Position numbers and translations under genes: made by a program. Positions 28,213-38,683 of a DNA stretch of 64,000 nt are shown here, one piece after another. Every line of letters begins with the position of its first letter. Within the stretch, counting starts at the first letter, position 1. This DNA is from an uncultured delta proteobacterium. Its GTDB lineage: Bacteria; Myxococcota; B64-G9. The notes under the pieces were generated by a model, which did not search any database, was not told the DNA's origin, and worked only from the letters and a program-made list of their open reading frames with translations. The stretch spans positions 96,001 through 160,000 of the forward strand of contig CAVWHX010000011.1 of assembly GCA_963754925.1 (NCBI GenBank). Reading direction: 5' to 3'.

Positions 28213-29757
28213 CTATGGCGAGAACAACTGGGCGCCCCCCGACAGTGTTACTCCCCCATTTGCGGCAAGATCTAATCCACCCACCAGGAGAATCGAACCA
28301 TCCAGCAATTGAGAAGACGCCATCCCGATCGGGCCGATGCTCAGTAGTTCATTTGACGTAATCGGAGCGCTGGTTGCGTTCGTCGTATCCAGGATTTCGA
28401 GATCCATGGTTGCCGTGAAGTCCGCGGTAAATCCTCCGGCCAGTAAAACCGTTCCATCCGGCAGCGTCTCGGCCGCATGGTACGCACGCGGACGGGTCAG
28501 TTGAATTTGCGACACGGCCGGTGAGTTATTGGTCCAGGTTATGCTAAAACCTACATCGGACACGCCCGAACCGATATTGTCGAAAACCCCTCCTGCCATG
28601 GTAGCGCCGGTTGACCCGATCGGAGTAAGGGTGTGGCCTGCAACGGCCGAGATAGCATTATTTGGCGGAGAAAGCTGTGCGAGCGTATCCGATTTAAGCA
28701 ATTCCAAGGTAGGAGAATTGTCGGCATTGCCGCCCGCCACCAGAACGCCCGGCGCTAATGACACCGCTTGCGCCCCACTTCTGGCCGTGATGAGCTGTGC
28801 GGAGGAATCCACCTCCCAATCGCCGCTGGGCAGCGACTGTACTATCTCATCGCTGCGTATCAAGTTGGTGCGTCCACCAAGCACAACCACCTGGGTACCA
28901 TCCAACACGGCCGCGGCATCCGAGCGTTGCAGCGCAGCGAAGACACCGAGCGACTCAAAACTATTGGTCGCGGGATCAAACACCTCGGCCGACGACACCA
29001 ATGTCTCGGCGTCAGCCAACAAAAGCGGACGCATTATCCCCGATGGATCCAAGGTGGCGCTTCCCGACCCGCCGACCAGAAGGATTTTCCCATCACTCAA
29101 GGTCAATGCACGATGCAACCCACGGCAGCCGGCCGCCAGGGGAATAGATTGAGAGAACATGGCGGTACCCGGATCATACAGCACGGCATCGCACGCCGCT
29201 TGCAGCTTGACGACGTTATCCGTTATGGTGCCTTGGGTAAATCCGCCGGCCACTAAAACGCGGCCGTTCGATAAGAGCGTGGCGCTTGAGAACGCACGCG
29301 GCGCGGGCAAGGAACCCCGGATTGGGTTCAATCGCTGCCCACGCTGGGTCACATAAATCGGCACGGGCACCTCTTGGCCTTCGATCACCGCCACGCCAAA
29401 AGATTCTCCCTGCCAACCAGGGGTACCGCTACAGTCAGCGCTTTCATACCCGTTGACGATAATCGTGGTGTTTACTCCCGGCGCCAGATCATACGGCAGG
29501 GACGTGCGCTCGGCAGCATTCGCCGCGATGGTTAGACAACTCGTATCGGTAAGGACCGTGCCGTCTCGCGAAAACTCAATCTCAATGCTTTGTAGTTCTG
29601 CGCTCAACCCGCCTGAATTTTGAGAAGCTTGTTGCACGTTCGCAACTCTCACGTATACCGCAACGTGAGAATCTGTCGTCGAACCGCACCCCACCCAGCA
29701 CAAGGAAAGTAGAGCTATCGAGACGCTCAAACCATGGCTCACCAATTCTTTGATCAC
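28213..29757 (-). CDS. Kelch-repeat beta-propeller lipoprotein
   Basis: VG-C lipobox; repeated ATLLSNGRVLVAGG / LSDGKILLVGG / LPDGTVLLAGG blades. Confidence 0.82.
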   Translation of the reverse strand: MIKELVSHGLSVSIALLSLCWVGCGSTTDSHVAVYVRVANVQQASQNSGGLSAELQSIEIEFSRDGTVLTDTSCLTIAANAAERTSLPYDLAPGVNTTIIVNGYESADCSGTPGWQGESFGVAVIEGQEVPVPIYVTQRGQRLNPIRGSLPAPRAFSSATLLSNGRVLVAGGFTQGTITDNVVKLQAACDAVLYDPGTAMFSQSIPLAAGCRGLHRALTLSDGKILLVGGSGSATLDPSGIMRPLLLADAETLVSSAEVFDPATNSFESLGVFAALQRSDAAAVLDGTQVVVLGGRTNLIRSDEIVQSLPSGDWEVDSSAQLITARSGAQAVSLAPGVLVAGGNADNSPTLELLKSDTLAQLSPPNNAISAVAGHTLTPIGSTGATMAGGVFDNIGSGVSDVGFSITWTNNSPAVSQIQLTRPRAYHAAETLPDGTVLLAGGFTADFTATMDLEILDTTNATSAPITSNELLSIGPIGMASSQLLDGSILLVGGLDLAANGGVTLSGGAQLFSP

Positions 29758-29808
29758 GTATAATTCTCCCTTCTAAACATCAGTGCGACGAGGGCACGGC
29801 CGCTATTT

Positions 29809-30885
29809 TTAGAATTCGATGAGAACCCTGCCTTTGCCAGAAGGGATTCCTCCACTCTTGCTGGAGCTTACCCCGACTACTATCCCGACGGTTCCAAGCA
29901 CAATCGCGACGCCAATAGCAGCCCAAAACACCCATTGCTTATAAAATGGTTTTGCCCCAAAAGGTCCTGAGGCTTCTGCTACCGGCATACCGGACGCCTG
30001 CCCGCCTCCCGGCGGCGATTCCATTCCCGTTGGTGAGAAAACCTCCGGCGCCGACTTTGCCGGCGCTTCGAGCGACGCAGCCGGAACGCCCGTTCCTGCT
30101 GGTGTTGCCGCCCCGCCTTTGGACGTATCGACCGCGACGCCCGGTTTCTTGCTTGCATCCGGCCCGACACCGGCAGCCGTCATTCCTTCCGGATCTAACG
30201 CAAGTTCCACCACGACGACGCTGGAGGCGTTTATCTGAATATGACGTTGCGCCGGTTGATATCCAGCCAACGACACCTCGATCTTGTGGGTGCCTTTAGC
30301 AAATTCTTGGTCAAGGGTGAGCGGTGTTTTACCGACGTTTCGACCGTCGAGCACAACCCGCGCACCGGGGACGTTGGTTACCACCTTCAACCGGCTTCGG
30401 AAGGTCGAACCAAAAATTTCGAGCCAGCCTTTTTCGATGGCCTCCTGTACCGCCCCCGGTGTCGCTTCGGCGGGCTGCCGAGACTGCGTAAGAACCTTTT
30501 TAGTGCTTACATCGATCTGCGTTATAACGACCAGGAACCGCCCCGGCAACTTCTGAATCCCGGCGTGAACGACCATGTCGGCCGACACTGCGCTGCCAAC
30601 CTCGGCAAGGCATTCCGGAGTTGCGCCGATACAACCGGCTTGTTGTCGAAGATGGTCTCCGTCCGCGACCGACTGGGGCAAGACGGTTAGGTATGCATAA
30701 CGCTCGGCCAGCTTCTTCAGCTCTACGGAAAGAGCCGAAAGCTGCTCCTGTTCATACGCGTTACTCTCAGGTCCAAGAATCAGCAAACGAACCGGCTTGA
30801 CCGTAAGTTCCTGAGACCATGCCAAAGAGGCATGTGCTATCCCACCTACGACCAATGCCGCTGTCAGCACTTTTATCACCCTCAT
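29809..30885 (-). CDS. PEGA-domain exported/membrane protein
   Basis: Signal peptide, TNVPGARVVLDGRNVGKTPL, FYKQWVFW followed by a TM; start chosen at MRVIKV. Confidence 0.82.
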   Translation of the reverse strand: MRVIKVLTAALVVGGIAHASLAWSQELTVKPVRLLILGPESNAYEQEQLSALSVELKKLAERYAYLTVLPQSVADGDHLRQQAGCIGATPECLAEVGSAVSADMVVHAGIQKLPGRFLVVITQIDVSTKKVLTQSRQPAEATPGAVQEAIEKGWLEIFGSTFRSRLKVVTNVPGARVVLDGRNVGKTPLTLDQEFAKGTHKIEVSLAGYQPAQRHIQINASSVVVVELALDPEGMTAAGVGPDASKKPGVAVDTSKGGAATPAGTGVPAASLEAPAKSAPEVFSPTGMESPPGGGQASGMPVAEASGPFGAKPFYKQWVFWAAIGVAIVLGTVGIVVGVSSSKSGGIPSGKGRVLIEF

Positions 30886-31048
30886 GAAATTTCCTTTCAA
30901 ATTTTTGATACGGTTATTGTATCTGTTTTTTGCCGAGCGTGTCAAACCTATGAACATATATAGATACCCTTGATACTGCACCTGCTTGACACCCTGTGAT
31001 CCCTTCCCTAAAATATCGACGGATTGTGTACAATTTCTGGAGCAGTGC

Positions 31049-31852
31049 ATGCCACGCTTTGAGGTATCGAGCCCTCTATTAAAAACGGTAACGGCCGACA
31101 TGATGTTTCGACTTGAAGCCGAAAGTTGGCTCGGCGCTTTAAAGCAGGGTTATCAGAGGATCATTAAACGGATTCAAACAAACCCCAACGCCTTGTGCGA
31201 TATTCAAGAAGATAATAGCATTTACGTTACCGACACCGACACCGCCGGGTCTTTTCGTATACGCCAGTTGGAGACAACCGACGCCAACACTTCCCCCATT
31301 GCGGCACCCTCCAGAGCTTCAATCGGCCGCGTTACGGGAGTCTCATCCGAGTCCGTGGTCGATTTACTGGAAGAGATCTTCCAAAATACAAACGCGCTTT
31401 TCGAACAGCCGAGTCGAGAAAAAGCGCTGTATTTCATGCTCGATCTCGCCCTGCGGACGATCGGTACCGACGCTGGTTCGATCTTCATTAAAAGACGTAA
31501 TTCCGAGAAATTGTTTCCCTGCGCGGCTCGCGGTCCGAAGGTCAACGACGTGATGAAGTATCGAATTTCAGTGGGGTTCGAAGCAGCAACCTTTTGCACA
31601 ACCGAGGATATTGGCCTGACGTTGTCTGATGTTATCAAAAGCAACTCGTTCTATAAGACGACCAGCGAAAACATCGGCTATTTGATCCGTTCGATCCTTT
31701 GGGTGCCGATGAAAGGCAATGACGTCACCGTCGGCGCCCTCGAACTCATCAACAAGAAAAAGTCTGATATGTTTTCTGAGCGCGACCTCAATGCCGCTCG
31801 CTTCATTGCCGATCAATTGGGGGCGTATCTCCTACAGCATGGAGAGGTATAG
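31049..31852 (+). CDS. GAF-domain protein
   Basis: DAGSIF, AARGPK, RSILWVPM, GALELINKK...FSERD; GGAG RBS before MPRFEV. Confidence 0.8.
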   Translation: MPRFEVSSPLLKTVTADMMFRLEAESWLGALKQGYQRIIKRIQTNPNALCDIQEDNSIYVTDTDTAGSFRIRQLETTDANTSPIAAPSRASIGRVTGVSSESVVDLLEEIFQNTNALFEQPSREKALYFMLDLALRTIGTDAGSIFIKRRNSEKLFPCAARGPKVNDVMKYRISVGFEAATFCTTEDIGLTLSDVIKSNSFYKTTSENIGYLIRSILWVPMKGNDVTVGALELINKKKSDMFSERDLNAARFIADQLGAYLLQHGEV

Positions 31853-31959
31853 CTATCATCGCTTTGCAAAACCTGCGCTATCGGTGTATACAACGGGATA
31901 GCCGTAGAGATGACGGTTATTTGGTGGACGAGAATAGTCGTTTCGGAGGGAGCCACCTC

Positions 31960-32571
31960 GTGAAGTTCGTCGCGCCGTTGCTGGGTATCATTTTCTTTTC
32001 GGTTCAGACGAAACCGTCCTTGGCGGCCACCTATCAATGGGTCGATACAGCAGGAACCGTTCACTTTACCGACAATCCCGAGGAACTGCCCGAGCCCTAT
32101 CGCAGCAAAGCGCTCAACGAGTTGATCGAAAAGCGGAAGCACGATGCGCAAACACCTCAGCCGACCGACGGCTCTGGGGCATTACCGGATGTTTCGAGTG
32201 AAAAACTCCCGTTAGCTCCGAAGGAAATTCCACCAATCACCGCGCCTGATTCATCCGACGCGCCGTATTATAGCACAAGCCCGGAGAGCGACCCCGCAGC
32301 GAAAAAGAAACTTTGGAAAGAAAAAGCCCATCAGGCGCAGAAGCAGGTGACTGATTTGATCAGCCTCTGTGATGCCCTACGCCTTCAACTCGGCGAGGCC
32401 GTCAACACCAAAGCGATCTTTAGCCGGCCCGGTGACATCGCGCGGGCGGAGAAAACCGACGAAGATTTGAAACGCTGTGAGCACGACCTAGAACGAGCCC
32501 GCCGATATCTGGAAGAGGGTCTTCCCGATGAAGCCCGTCGCAACGGTATCCCCCCGGGGTGGCTGCGGTAG
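31960..32571 (+). CDS. DUF4124-domain exported protein
   Basis: YQWVDTAGTVHFTDNP, coiled coil, C-terminal GIPPGWLR. Confidence 0.8.
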   Translation: MKFVAPLLGIIFFSVQTKPSLAATYQWVDTAGTVHFTDNPEELPEPYRSKALNELIEKRKHDAQTPQPTDGSGALPDVSSEKLPLAPKEIPPITAPDSSDAPYYSTSPESDPAAKKKLWKEKAHQAQKQVTDLISLCDALRLQLGEAVNTKAIFSRPGDIARAEKTDEDLKRCEHDLERARRYLEEGLPDEARRNGIPPGWLR

Positions 32572-32597
32572 TCGCTCATATCAGGAGCATCGCCTAC

Positions 32598-33782
32598 TTG
32601 TTTGTCACTATCATCATCCTTGTCGCCATGCTCTGTTTCGGAGTCGTGGAGTATCAAAAACACCTTCGTAATCTTAATAAAATACCGATCCGTATTCACG
32701 TCAACGGCACCCGCGGCAAATCATCGGTCACCCGCCTCATAGCAGCGGGCCTGCGCGCAGGCGGTATCGCCACCTGCGCAAAAACCACCGGCACCAGCCC
32801 GCAGATGATTCTTGAAGACGGCAGTGAATACACCATTCAACGTCAGGGCCGGGGCAACATCCTTGAGCAAACCCGCACCATAGCGCTGGCGGTGCGGCGC
32901 CGCGTTCGGGCCGTGGTTATCGAGTGCATGGCAATTAATCCAATCTATCAAAACCTGAGCGAACAAAAGATGGTGCGTTCTTCAATCGGAGTCATTACCA
33001 ATGTGCGCGCCGACCATTTGGACATCATGGGACCCACGACCATGGATGTAGCCAAGGCCCTTGCCGGCACCGTGCCGCGCGAATCGATTCTGGTGACGGC
33101 CGAAACTGACCCCGTTTTATTGGCAGTGCTCAAAAACGCTGCCGCGCTTGAAAAAACTCGCGTGATAACCACCACGCCAGAGACAGAAGGAATCACTGCA
33201 GAAATCATGGGTGGTTTCAGTTACCTTGAGCACCCCGAAAATGTCGCCCTGAGCCTGAGGGTCTGTCAGACGGTCGGCGTGGGGCGTGACCGTGCTCTCC
33301 AGGGCATGTGGGCGGCCAAGCCTGACAGCGGCGTCCTGCGCGTTCACCACCTGGCTTTCTACGATAAGCGCATTGACTTTGTAAACGCTTTCGCGGCCAA
33401 TGATCCTGATTCCACCACAGCCATTTGGAAGTTAATCTTCGACCAATCCCCGAACAACCAGCAACGCGTTGCGTTGATCAACTGCCGCGACGATAGGGTG
33501 CAGCGCAGTATTCAGTTGGGCGAGATGCTCCCGCGCTTGCCGCAGCTGCATCGAGCCATTGTTGCGGGCCGGGGAACCCACATAACCTTCAACGCAGCGC
33601 TCGAGCATGGCCTCCATCCCGAACAGTTGATCGTTATGGAAAATCCCCGGCCCGAGGAGGTGTTCGAGCGCTGTTTGGCCCAAATTACCAAAGATGGCTG
33701 CGTGGTTGGGATGGGCAATATCGTGGGTTTAGGAAATGCTATCGTTGAATACTTTAACAACCGGGCGGTGGTCTCTCGGTAA
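32598..33782 (+). CDS. pgsB: Poly-gamma-glutamate synthase PgsB/CapB
   Basis: PIRIHVNGTRGKSSVTRLIAAGL, AKTTGT, ECMA, ITNVRADHLDIMGPT, NAFAANDPDST; TTG start after AGGAG. Confidence 0.93.
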   Translation: MFVTIIILVAMLCFGVVEYQKHLRNLNKIPIRIHVNGTRGKSSVTRLIAAGLRAGGIATCAKTTGTSPQMILEDGSEYTIQRQGRGNILEQTRTIALAVRRRVRAVVIECMAINPIYQNLSEQKMVRSSIGVITNVRADHLDIMGPTTMDVAKALAGTVPRESILVTAETDPVLLAVLKNAAALEKTRVITTTPETEGITAEIMGGFSYLEHPENVALSLRVCQTVGVGRDRALQGMWAAKPDSGVLRVHHLAFYDKRIDFVNAFAANDPDSTTAIWKLIFDQSPNNQQRVALINCRDDRVQRSIQLGEMLPRLPQLHRAIVAGRGTHITFNAALEHGLHPEQLIVMENPRPEEVFERCLAQITKDGCVVGMGNIVGLGNAIVEYFNNRAVVSR

Positions 33783-33803
33783 CGCGGCACCGGGGGTGTA
33801 CGA

Positions 33804-34268
33804 GTGGAAAACCTGATTGCAAACGCCATCGGCATTGGTCTCGTAGTAAGCCTTATTTTTTCTGAAACCATCGGCCTGGCTGCCGGCGGCATGGTCGTGC
33901 CCGGCTATTTCGCCCTCAACCTGCATCACCCCCTACGGGTGGTCATGACCCTGGTGTTGGGCTTGGCTACCTGTGTCGCCGTGCGTTTGATGAGCAATGT
34001 CGTCATCCTCTTCGGACGCCGACGCACGGTGGTCATCATTCTGGTGGGTTTCGCGCTGGGAGCGATCTCCCGCACATTCTTAGCGTTTGACCGCGCCGGA
34101 GAGACTTTCGAACTTGTGGCGATTGGATTTATTATCCCTGGTCTCGTCGGGTTGTGGATGGACCGTCAGGGTGTTGTTGAGACTATTACCACGCTGCTTA
34201 CCTCGGCGGTGTTGGTGAAGTTGGTATTGATTCTCATTTACGGCGGGGAGGCGCGAGAATGGCTTTGA
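33804..34268 (+). CDS. pgsC: Poly-gamma-glutamate biosynthesis protein PgsC/CapC
   Basis: GLAAGGMVVPGYFAL, LFGRRR, IGFIIPGL; multi-TM; directly follows pgsB. Confidence 0.92.
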   Translation: MENLIANAIGIGLVVSLIFSETIGLAAGGMVVPGYFALNLHHPLRVVMTLVLGLATCVAVRLMSNVVILFGRRRTVVIILVGFALGAISRTFLAFDRAGETFELVAIGFIIPGLVGLWMDRQGVVETITTLLTSAVLVKLVLILIYGGEAREWL

Positions 34269-35446
34269 TGTGGCGGCCCGGTAAGGCTTCGCGGAGCGCC
34301 CTCATCCTGGTGGCGGGCATAGCGGTGCTCGGCTATGTGCTGGTGGAAGCGCTCCCCAAGAAAAACCTCAAGCCATACTACCGCGAGAAAATGCGCGCTG
34401 CCGAGACCATGGCCCAGGGAATGGACGTCATTCGTCAGCAGCGCATCGCGGTTTTTGGGCGTATCGACCAGGAACATGACCCCAATGCCACCGGACTGAT
34501 CGGCTCGTTTCTGACCTCGATCACCTCAAACACCGGCAACCTCTCGGCCAAGCAACTGGCAGCCAACCCAAACTTCGCTGCAGTACTGGTGAACATGTAC
34601 AAGCGAGTCGGGCTCAAGGAAGGCGATGTGGTGGCGCTGGCGTTTTCCGGATCCTTCCCGGCTCTCAACCTCGCCGCTCTGGTGGCGGCTGAGACGCTCA
34701 AACTCAAGCCGATTGCTATTAGCTCGATTTCGGCCTCAAACTGGGGGGCAACCGATCCTGAACTGACCTGGTTGGATATGGAACGGATTCTGTTCGAGAA
34801 GAACATCATTCGTCACCGATCGGTGGCCGTCTCGATGGGCGGCGCGGAGGATCGCGGTATGGGCCTTCCACCTGAAGGGGTGCGCACCCTGCGTGAAGCC
34901 ATCAGACGTTACAACCAGGCTATGAAACAAGACCAAAGCACCGAGGTAGAACTCATTGATCCTCCCAACCTAACATCCTCGTTCGATCTGCGCATGAACA
35001 TCTATCAGGAACACGCCGGGGATAAACCAATCAGTTGTTACGTCAATGTTGGCGGCGGGATCGGCAGTGTCGGTAATAACGTTATCAAAAAGGCCTTCGC
35101 CCCAGGCATCAATTTTTCAACTCCCCACGCCGGTCGACTGCCCGACTCGGTTTTGACACGAATGAGCCACAAGGGAATCCCGATCATTCATCTCATTCAA
35201 GCAGAAAAACTCGCGCGGGAAAACGGCTTACCGATCAAAGTTGATCGCCCTCCCCGTATTGGGGAAGGCGGCATCTTCGTCGCGTTGGGGTACAATATTA
35301 TCCTCGTGGTAGGGGTAATAATCGGTCTTATCGGCGTTATCTTCGTTGTATTACGAATAGATTACCGTCATTACTTCCTGCGGCTGCGCAATAATCTCGA
35401 TAGCAAAGAAGAGAAGAAATCCTCCTCTAATCCCCTTCGGGGATAA
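34259..35446 (+). CDS. pgsW: Poly-gamma-glutamate system protein PgsW
   Basis: DPNATGLIG, GNLSAK...NPNFAA, SGSFPALNLA, ASNWGATDP; N- and C-terminal TMs; overlaps pgsC. Confidence 0.82.
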   Translation: MALMWRPGKASRSALILVAGIAVLGYVLVEALPKKNLKPYYREKMRAAETMAQGMDVIRQQRIAVFGRIDQEHDPNATGLIGSFLTSITSNTGNLSAKQLAANPNFAAVLVNMYKRVGLKEGDVVALAFSGSFPALNLAALVAAETLKLKPIAISSISASNWGATDPELTWLDMERILFEKNIIRHRSVAVSMGGAEDRGMGLPPEGVRTLREAIRRYNQAMKQDQSTEVELIDPPNLTSSFDLRMNIYQEHAGDKPISCYVNVGGGIGSVGNNVIKKAFAPGINFSTPHAGRLPDSVLTRMSHKGIPIIHLIQAEKLARENGLPIKVDRPPRIGEGGIFVALGYNIILVVGVIIGLIGVIFVVLRIDYRHYFLRLRNNLDSKEEKKSSSNPLRG

Positions 35447-35484
35447 GAGCCCGTAAGCTCACTTCGTTCGCTAACGGGCTCTAA
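35428..35484. repeat. Double-hairpin repeat family B
   Basis: TCCC-loop-GGGA followed by AGAGCCCGT...ACGGGCTCT; also at 16391-16447, 58437-58490 and (second hairpin only, inverted) ~52451-52486. Confidence 0.8.
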
Positions 35485-35969
35485 AGATTCTTAAGTAAAA
35501 ATCTCCTCAGCAGCTCCTCGTCTGACGGTCCATCATTGCTTTCTTTTTCGTTGATCGATGGGGTGCCGGCCTTCTCCGAGCCGGAAGGATCGTGGGGGGC
35601 ACGTTGTGGCGCCTCCGCTGCCTGAGCCGGGGGCGGTTTGCGAACTTCCAAAAGAATCGGGGGCGCCGTATCCTTGAGCATCACCTCGCCAATGAACCCC
35701 TCTTGAACTTTATAGGCCGAATCCTGAAAGATTACCGAGTCGTGGCACCGCTCAGCCTTCAACAGGGCAAGTTGATCGACTGTCTTCACCTTGCCGACGA
35801 GCCGCGCGGCATCTTCTCCTTCCTCTATGTTGAGAAACCGTACCGCTTCCTGCAGCCGAAATTGCCGCCTATCCGACTTAATAGTCATGATATTGTCGAC
35901 AAAGGTTATTTTTTCCTGATCGAGCCAGGCCGCGATCGTTTGCTGGGCAATGAATACATACTCCGTCAT
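35481..35969 (-). CDS. Hypothetical protein
   Basis: 162-aa ORF: globular N-terminal part, Pro-rich linker, DEELLRRFLLKNL tail. Confidence 0.65.
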   Translation of the reverse strand: MTEYVFIAQQTIAAWLDQEKITFVDNIMTIKSDRRQFRLQEAVRFLNIEEGEDAARLVGKVKTVDQLALLKAERCHDSVIFQDSAYKVQEGFIGEVMLKDTAPPILLEVRKPPPAQAAEAPQRAPHDPSGSEKAGTPSINEKESNDGPSDEELLRRFLLKNL

Positions 35970-36053
35970 CCACCCGAAACCTTTTAATGGTTAGTATCTT
36001 CTCTGCAAAAAGTTACACTGCCACGACCGTTCCGTCAAGTTCATCAAACCGCC

Positions 36054-36120
36054 GGCAGTGGGTCATTTTGTCAAAGGCTCTGGGTGTTCGTCGAACGACA
36101 CGGCAACCCGACCCACTCTC
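36054..36120. repeat. Minimal ~67-bp MITE-like unit
   Basis: GGCAGTGGGTCATTTTG...CAACCCGACCCACT with core GGGTGTTCGTCGAACGACACGGCAA, shared with ~58326 and (with variants) ~16356. Confidence 0.6.
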
Positions 36121-36173
36121 GGCGGCCGAGTGTGGCCTTTTGTTAGCCGTTTGATTGCCTGATCAGGAAGAGT

Positions 36174-37796
36174 ATGATATTTTCTTTTGTTGTCGGTAAT
36201 AATTATCACAGGTCGATGATGATCGATCCACTGCCTTTCCAGAAGTGTCTGCCGAAAAGCTGCGGCCCCGGAGATCTCACGCCGACGGTGCTCGCGGAAC
36301 GCTATCGCCAGTTCTTCGAAAACGCTCCGTTGGGGTTGATAGTGATTGATCGCGATCGACGCGTAACCGAATACAATCCCTATATATGCCAGATGTTCAA
36401 TATAGACCGCGAGACATTTATTGGGGTGCGGCTCTTCGACAACATGGCCAACCGTGCCGCAGCAGACGCCATAGACCAGGCCCTCGTCGGCGCTACCGGC
36501 GTTTTTGAGGGCGAGTACCAGATCTCTGAGCAACAGGGCGCTCTGCGGGCGCTGGTTAAACCGTTGATCGATGCAAACGGTTCGATAAGCGGATGCCTAT
36601 GCTTTATTGATGACATCCGGGCCCGCTTAGAGATGGAGAAACAAAACCGTCAGATACAAAAACTCGAGGCAATCGGCACCCTGGCAGGGGGGATTGCCCA
36701 TGAATTCAACAACATTCTCGGCGTTATTTTAGGATACGCCGATATGACCCGTGACGATCTCGCTAAGGACAGCTTAGCGCATCGAAATCTCGACGAGATC
36801 ATGCAGGCGGGTGACCGAGCGAAGGAATTGATACAGCAAATCATGGCCTTTAGCCGTCAAACCGAGCAGAAACGCCATCCGCTTCAACTGCACCTGATCG
36901 TCAAGGAAGTAGTGAAGTTTCTACGTTCCTCCCTTCCCGCCACCATCATCATCAAGACCGACATACGGCCAGACACCGGCGCGGTTCTGGCAGATCCATC
37001 GCAGATCCACCAAGTGTTGATGAACCTCTGCACCAACGCCTATCAAGCAATGAAACCAAGCGGCGGAGAAATGGCGATCGGCCTCAAAAACATCCAGGTC
37101 GATCAGGAGCAAACACGTCAGGTGAACGGCCTCACGGTGGGACCGTACGTTAAATTGACGGTACGAGATACCGGCCATGGAATAGATCCCCAGATCATCC
37201 CCCGCATATTTGATCCGTTCTTCACCACCCGATCGGTTGGTGAGGGAACCGGCATGGGCTTAGCCATGGTTCACGGGATCGTGAGCACCCATGGCGGCGC
37301 CATCAATGTTTCGAGCACCATCGGGCAGGGCAGCGTGTTTGAGATCTTTCTTCCGATCGTTGAGCCGGCGCCACCGCGTCCGCCGGAAACCGATCGCGCT
37401 CCGGCGACCGGAACCGAACGGATCTTGCTCGTTGACGATGACGCAGCGGTGCTCCGTATAGACGAAATAATGCTGCAGCATCTCGGCTACCAGGTCAGCG
37501 CCTTCAGCGGCGGCCATGAAGCGCTCGTGGCCTTTCTCGCCAACCCCGAGGCGTTTGATTTGGTGATCACCGATCAGATCATGCCCCACCTCACCGGCAT
37601 TGAACTGGCCAAACAAATCGCGCGGGTACGGACGAACCTGCCCATTATTCTCATCACCGGCTTTTCGGAGTCGGTCCTGCCACAGGAGGAGCAGCCATCG
37701 GGTATCATCGCGTACCTTCAAAAACCGGTCCTGAGTAAGGAACTAGCGCACGTCATTCGGCAGGTGTTGGATCGATCGTATGAAAAGAAAGGTTAG
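36174..37796 (+). CDS. Hybrid PAS histidine kinase
   Basis: AGGIAHEFNNIL, NLCTNA, DTGHG, FDPFFTT, LVDDD, DQIMP; start uncertain. Confidence 0.92.
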   Translation: MIFSFVVGNNYHRSMMIDPLPFQKCLPKSCGPGDLTPTVLAERYRQFFENAPLGLIVIDRDRRVTEYNPYICQMFNIDRETFIGVRLFDNMANRAAADAIDQALVGATGVFEGEYQISEQQGALRALVKPLIDANGSISGCLCFIDDIRARLEMEKQNRQIQKLEAIGTLAGGIAHEFNNILGVILGYADMTRDDLAKDSLAHRNLDEIMQAGDRAKELIQQIMAFSRQTEQKRHPLQLHLIVKEVVKFLRSSLPATIIIKTDIRPDTGAVLADPSQIHQVLMNLCTNAYQAMKPSGGEMAIGLKNIQVDQEQTRQVNGLTVGPYVKLTVRDTGHGIDPQIIPRIFDPFFTTRSVGEGTGMGLAMVHGIVSTHGGAINVSSTIGQGSVFEIFLPIVEPAPPRPPETDRAPATGTERILLVDDDAAVLRIDEIMLQHLGYQVSAFSGGHEALVAFLANPEAFDLVITDQIMPHLTGIELAKQIARVRTNLPIILITGFSESVLPQEEQPSGIIAYLQKPVLSKELAHVIRQVLDRSYEKKG

Positions 37797-37802
37797 CTCT
37801 CA

Positions 37803-38192
37803 ATGTCGCACATCCTGGTCATTGAAGATGATCAACAAATGCGGGAGATGTTGAAGCAAATGCTGCAACGAGCTGGATACAACGCTATTGGAGCCGGTGA
37901 TGGCCGCGAAGGAATGCAAATCGTTCGGGAACAGGCCATCGATCTCATCATCACGGACATCATCATGCCCGATCAAGAAGGCCTCGAAACCATCATGCAG
38001 GTTCGCCGCGAGTATCCGAATATCCCGGTGATCGCCATATCTGGAGGCGGGCGCGTGGAACCGGAAAACTACCTCCACAGCGCCAAGCTGCTGGGAGCAG
38101 CCCACACCTTTGCCAAACCGCTGAACCGCGACGAGGTCCTGCGCGTCGTGTCACAGCTGCTCGTGCGCTGCCGCCCGTCAGGGGAAACGTGA
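37803..38192 (+). CDS. Single-domain response regulator
   Basis: VIEDD, TDIIMP, AISGG, AKP. Confidence 0.92.
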   Translation: MSHILVIEDDQQMREMLKQMLQRAGYNAIGAGDGREGMQIVREQAIDLIITDIIMPDQEGLETIMQVRREYPNIPVIAISGGGRVEPENYLHSAKLLGAAHTFAKPLNRDEVLRVVSQLLVRCRPSGET

Positions 38193-38310
38193 ATTAATGG
38201 TTTCCAATCGAATAACTCTTGCATCCGGGCTTGAAGCGCGCTTTAACTAACCGGCGGAGGACGCAGCGTTCTCAATGGATCAACGATCACGAATCACACG
38301 GAGGAAATAA

Positions 38311-38640
38311 ATGGCGGGTCATGGCGTTTTTGAGATCGGCGACGAGACCTTCGACCGGGAAATCGTAGCAAGCCACCTGCCGACCTTGGTGGATTTCTAC
38401 GGCCAAACCTGCGGGCCGTGTAAGGCAATCGAACCGCTCCTCGAGAATCTCGCCACTACCTATCGGGGCCGTCTGCGCGTGGCGAAGGTAAACGTCAACG
38501 CCAGCCCCCAGGCAGCCACGCGTTTTATGGTCAAGTCGTTGCCCACCTTGCTGCTGTTTCGGGGCGGCAAGGTGCTCGATCAGTTCATCAGTCAACCGAG
38601 CTTGCCGGCGCTCAATAAATTTGTCCAGCGAGTGCTGTAA
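38311..38640 (+). CDS. trxA: Thioredoxin
   Basis: VDFYGQTCGPCK (Thr in place of the usual Trp), SLPTLLLF. Confidence 0.88.
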   Translation: MAGHGVFEIGDETFDREIVASHLPTLVDFYGQTCGPCKAIEPLLENLATTYRGRLRVAKVNVNASPQAATRFMVKSLPTLLLFRGGKVLDQFISQPSLPALNKFVQRVL

Positions 38641-38683
38641 GAACACGCACTCGTCCCGGTACGCCACCCCGGCGTAGATACCA

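Noticed and set aside
29809..31101. Long N-terminal extension of the PEGA ORF overlapping the GAF gene
   Set aside because: A signal peptide begins at 30885; the upstream part is more likely the divergent promoter region
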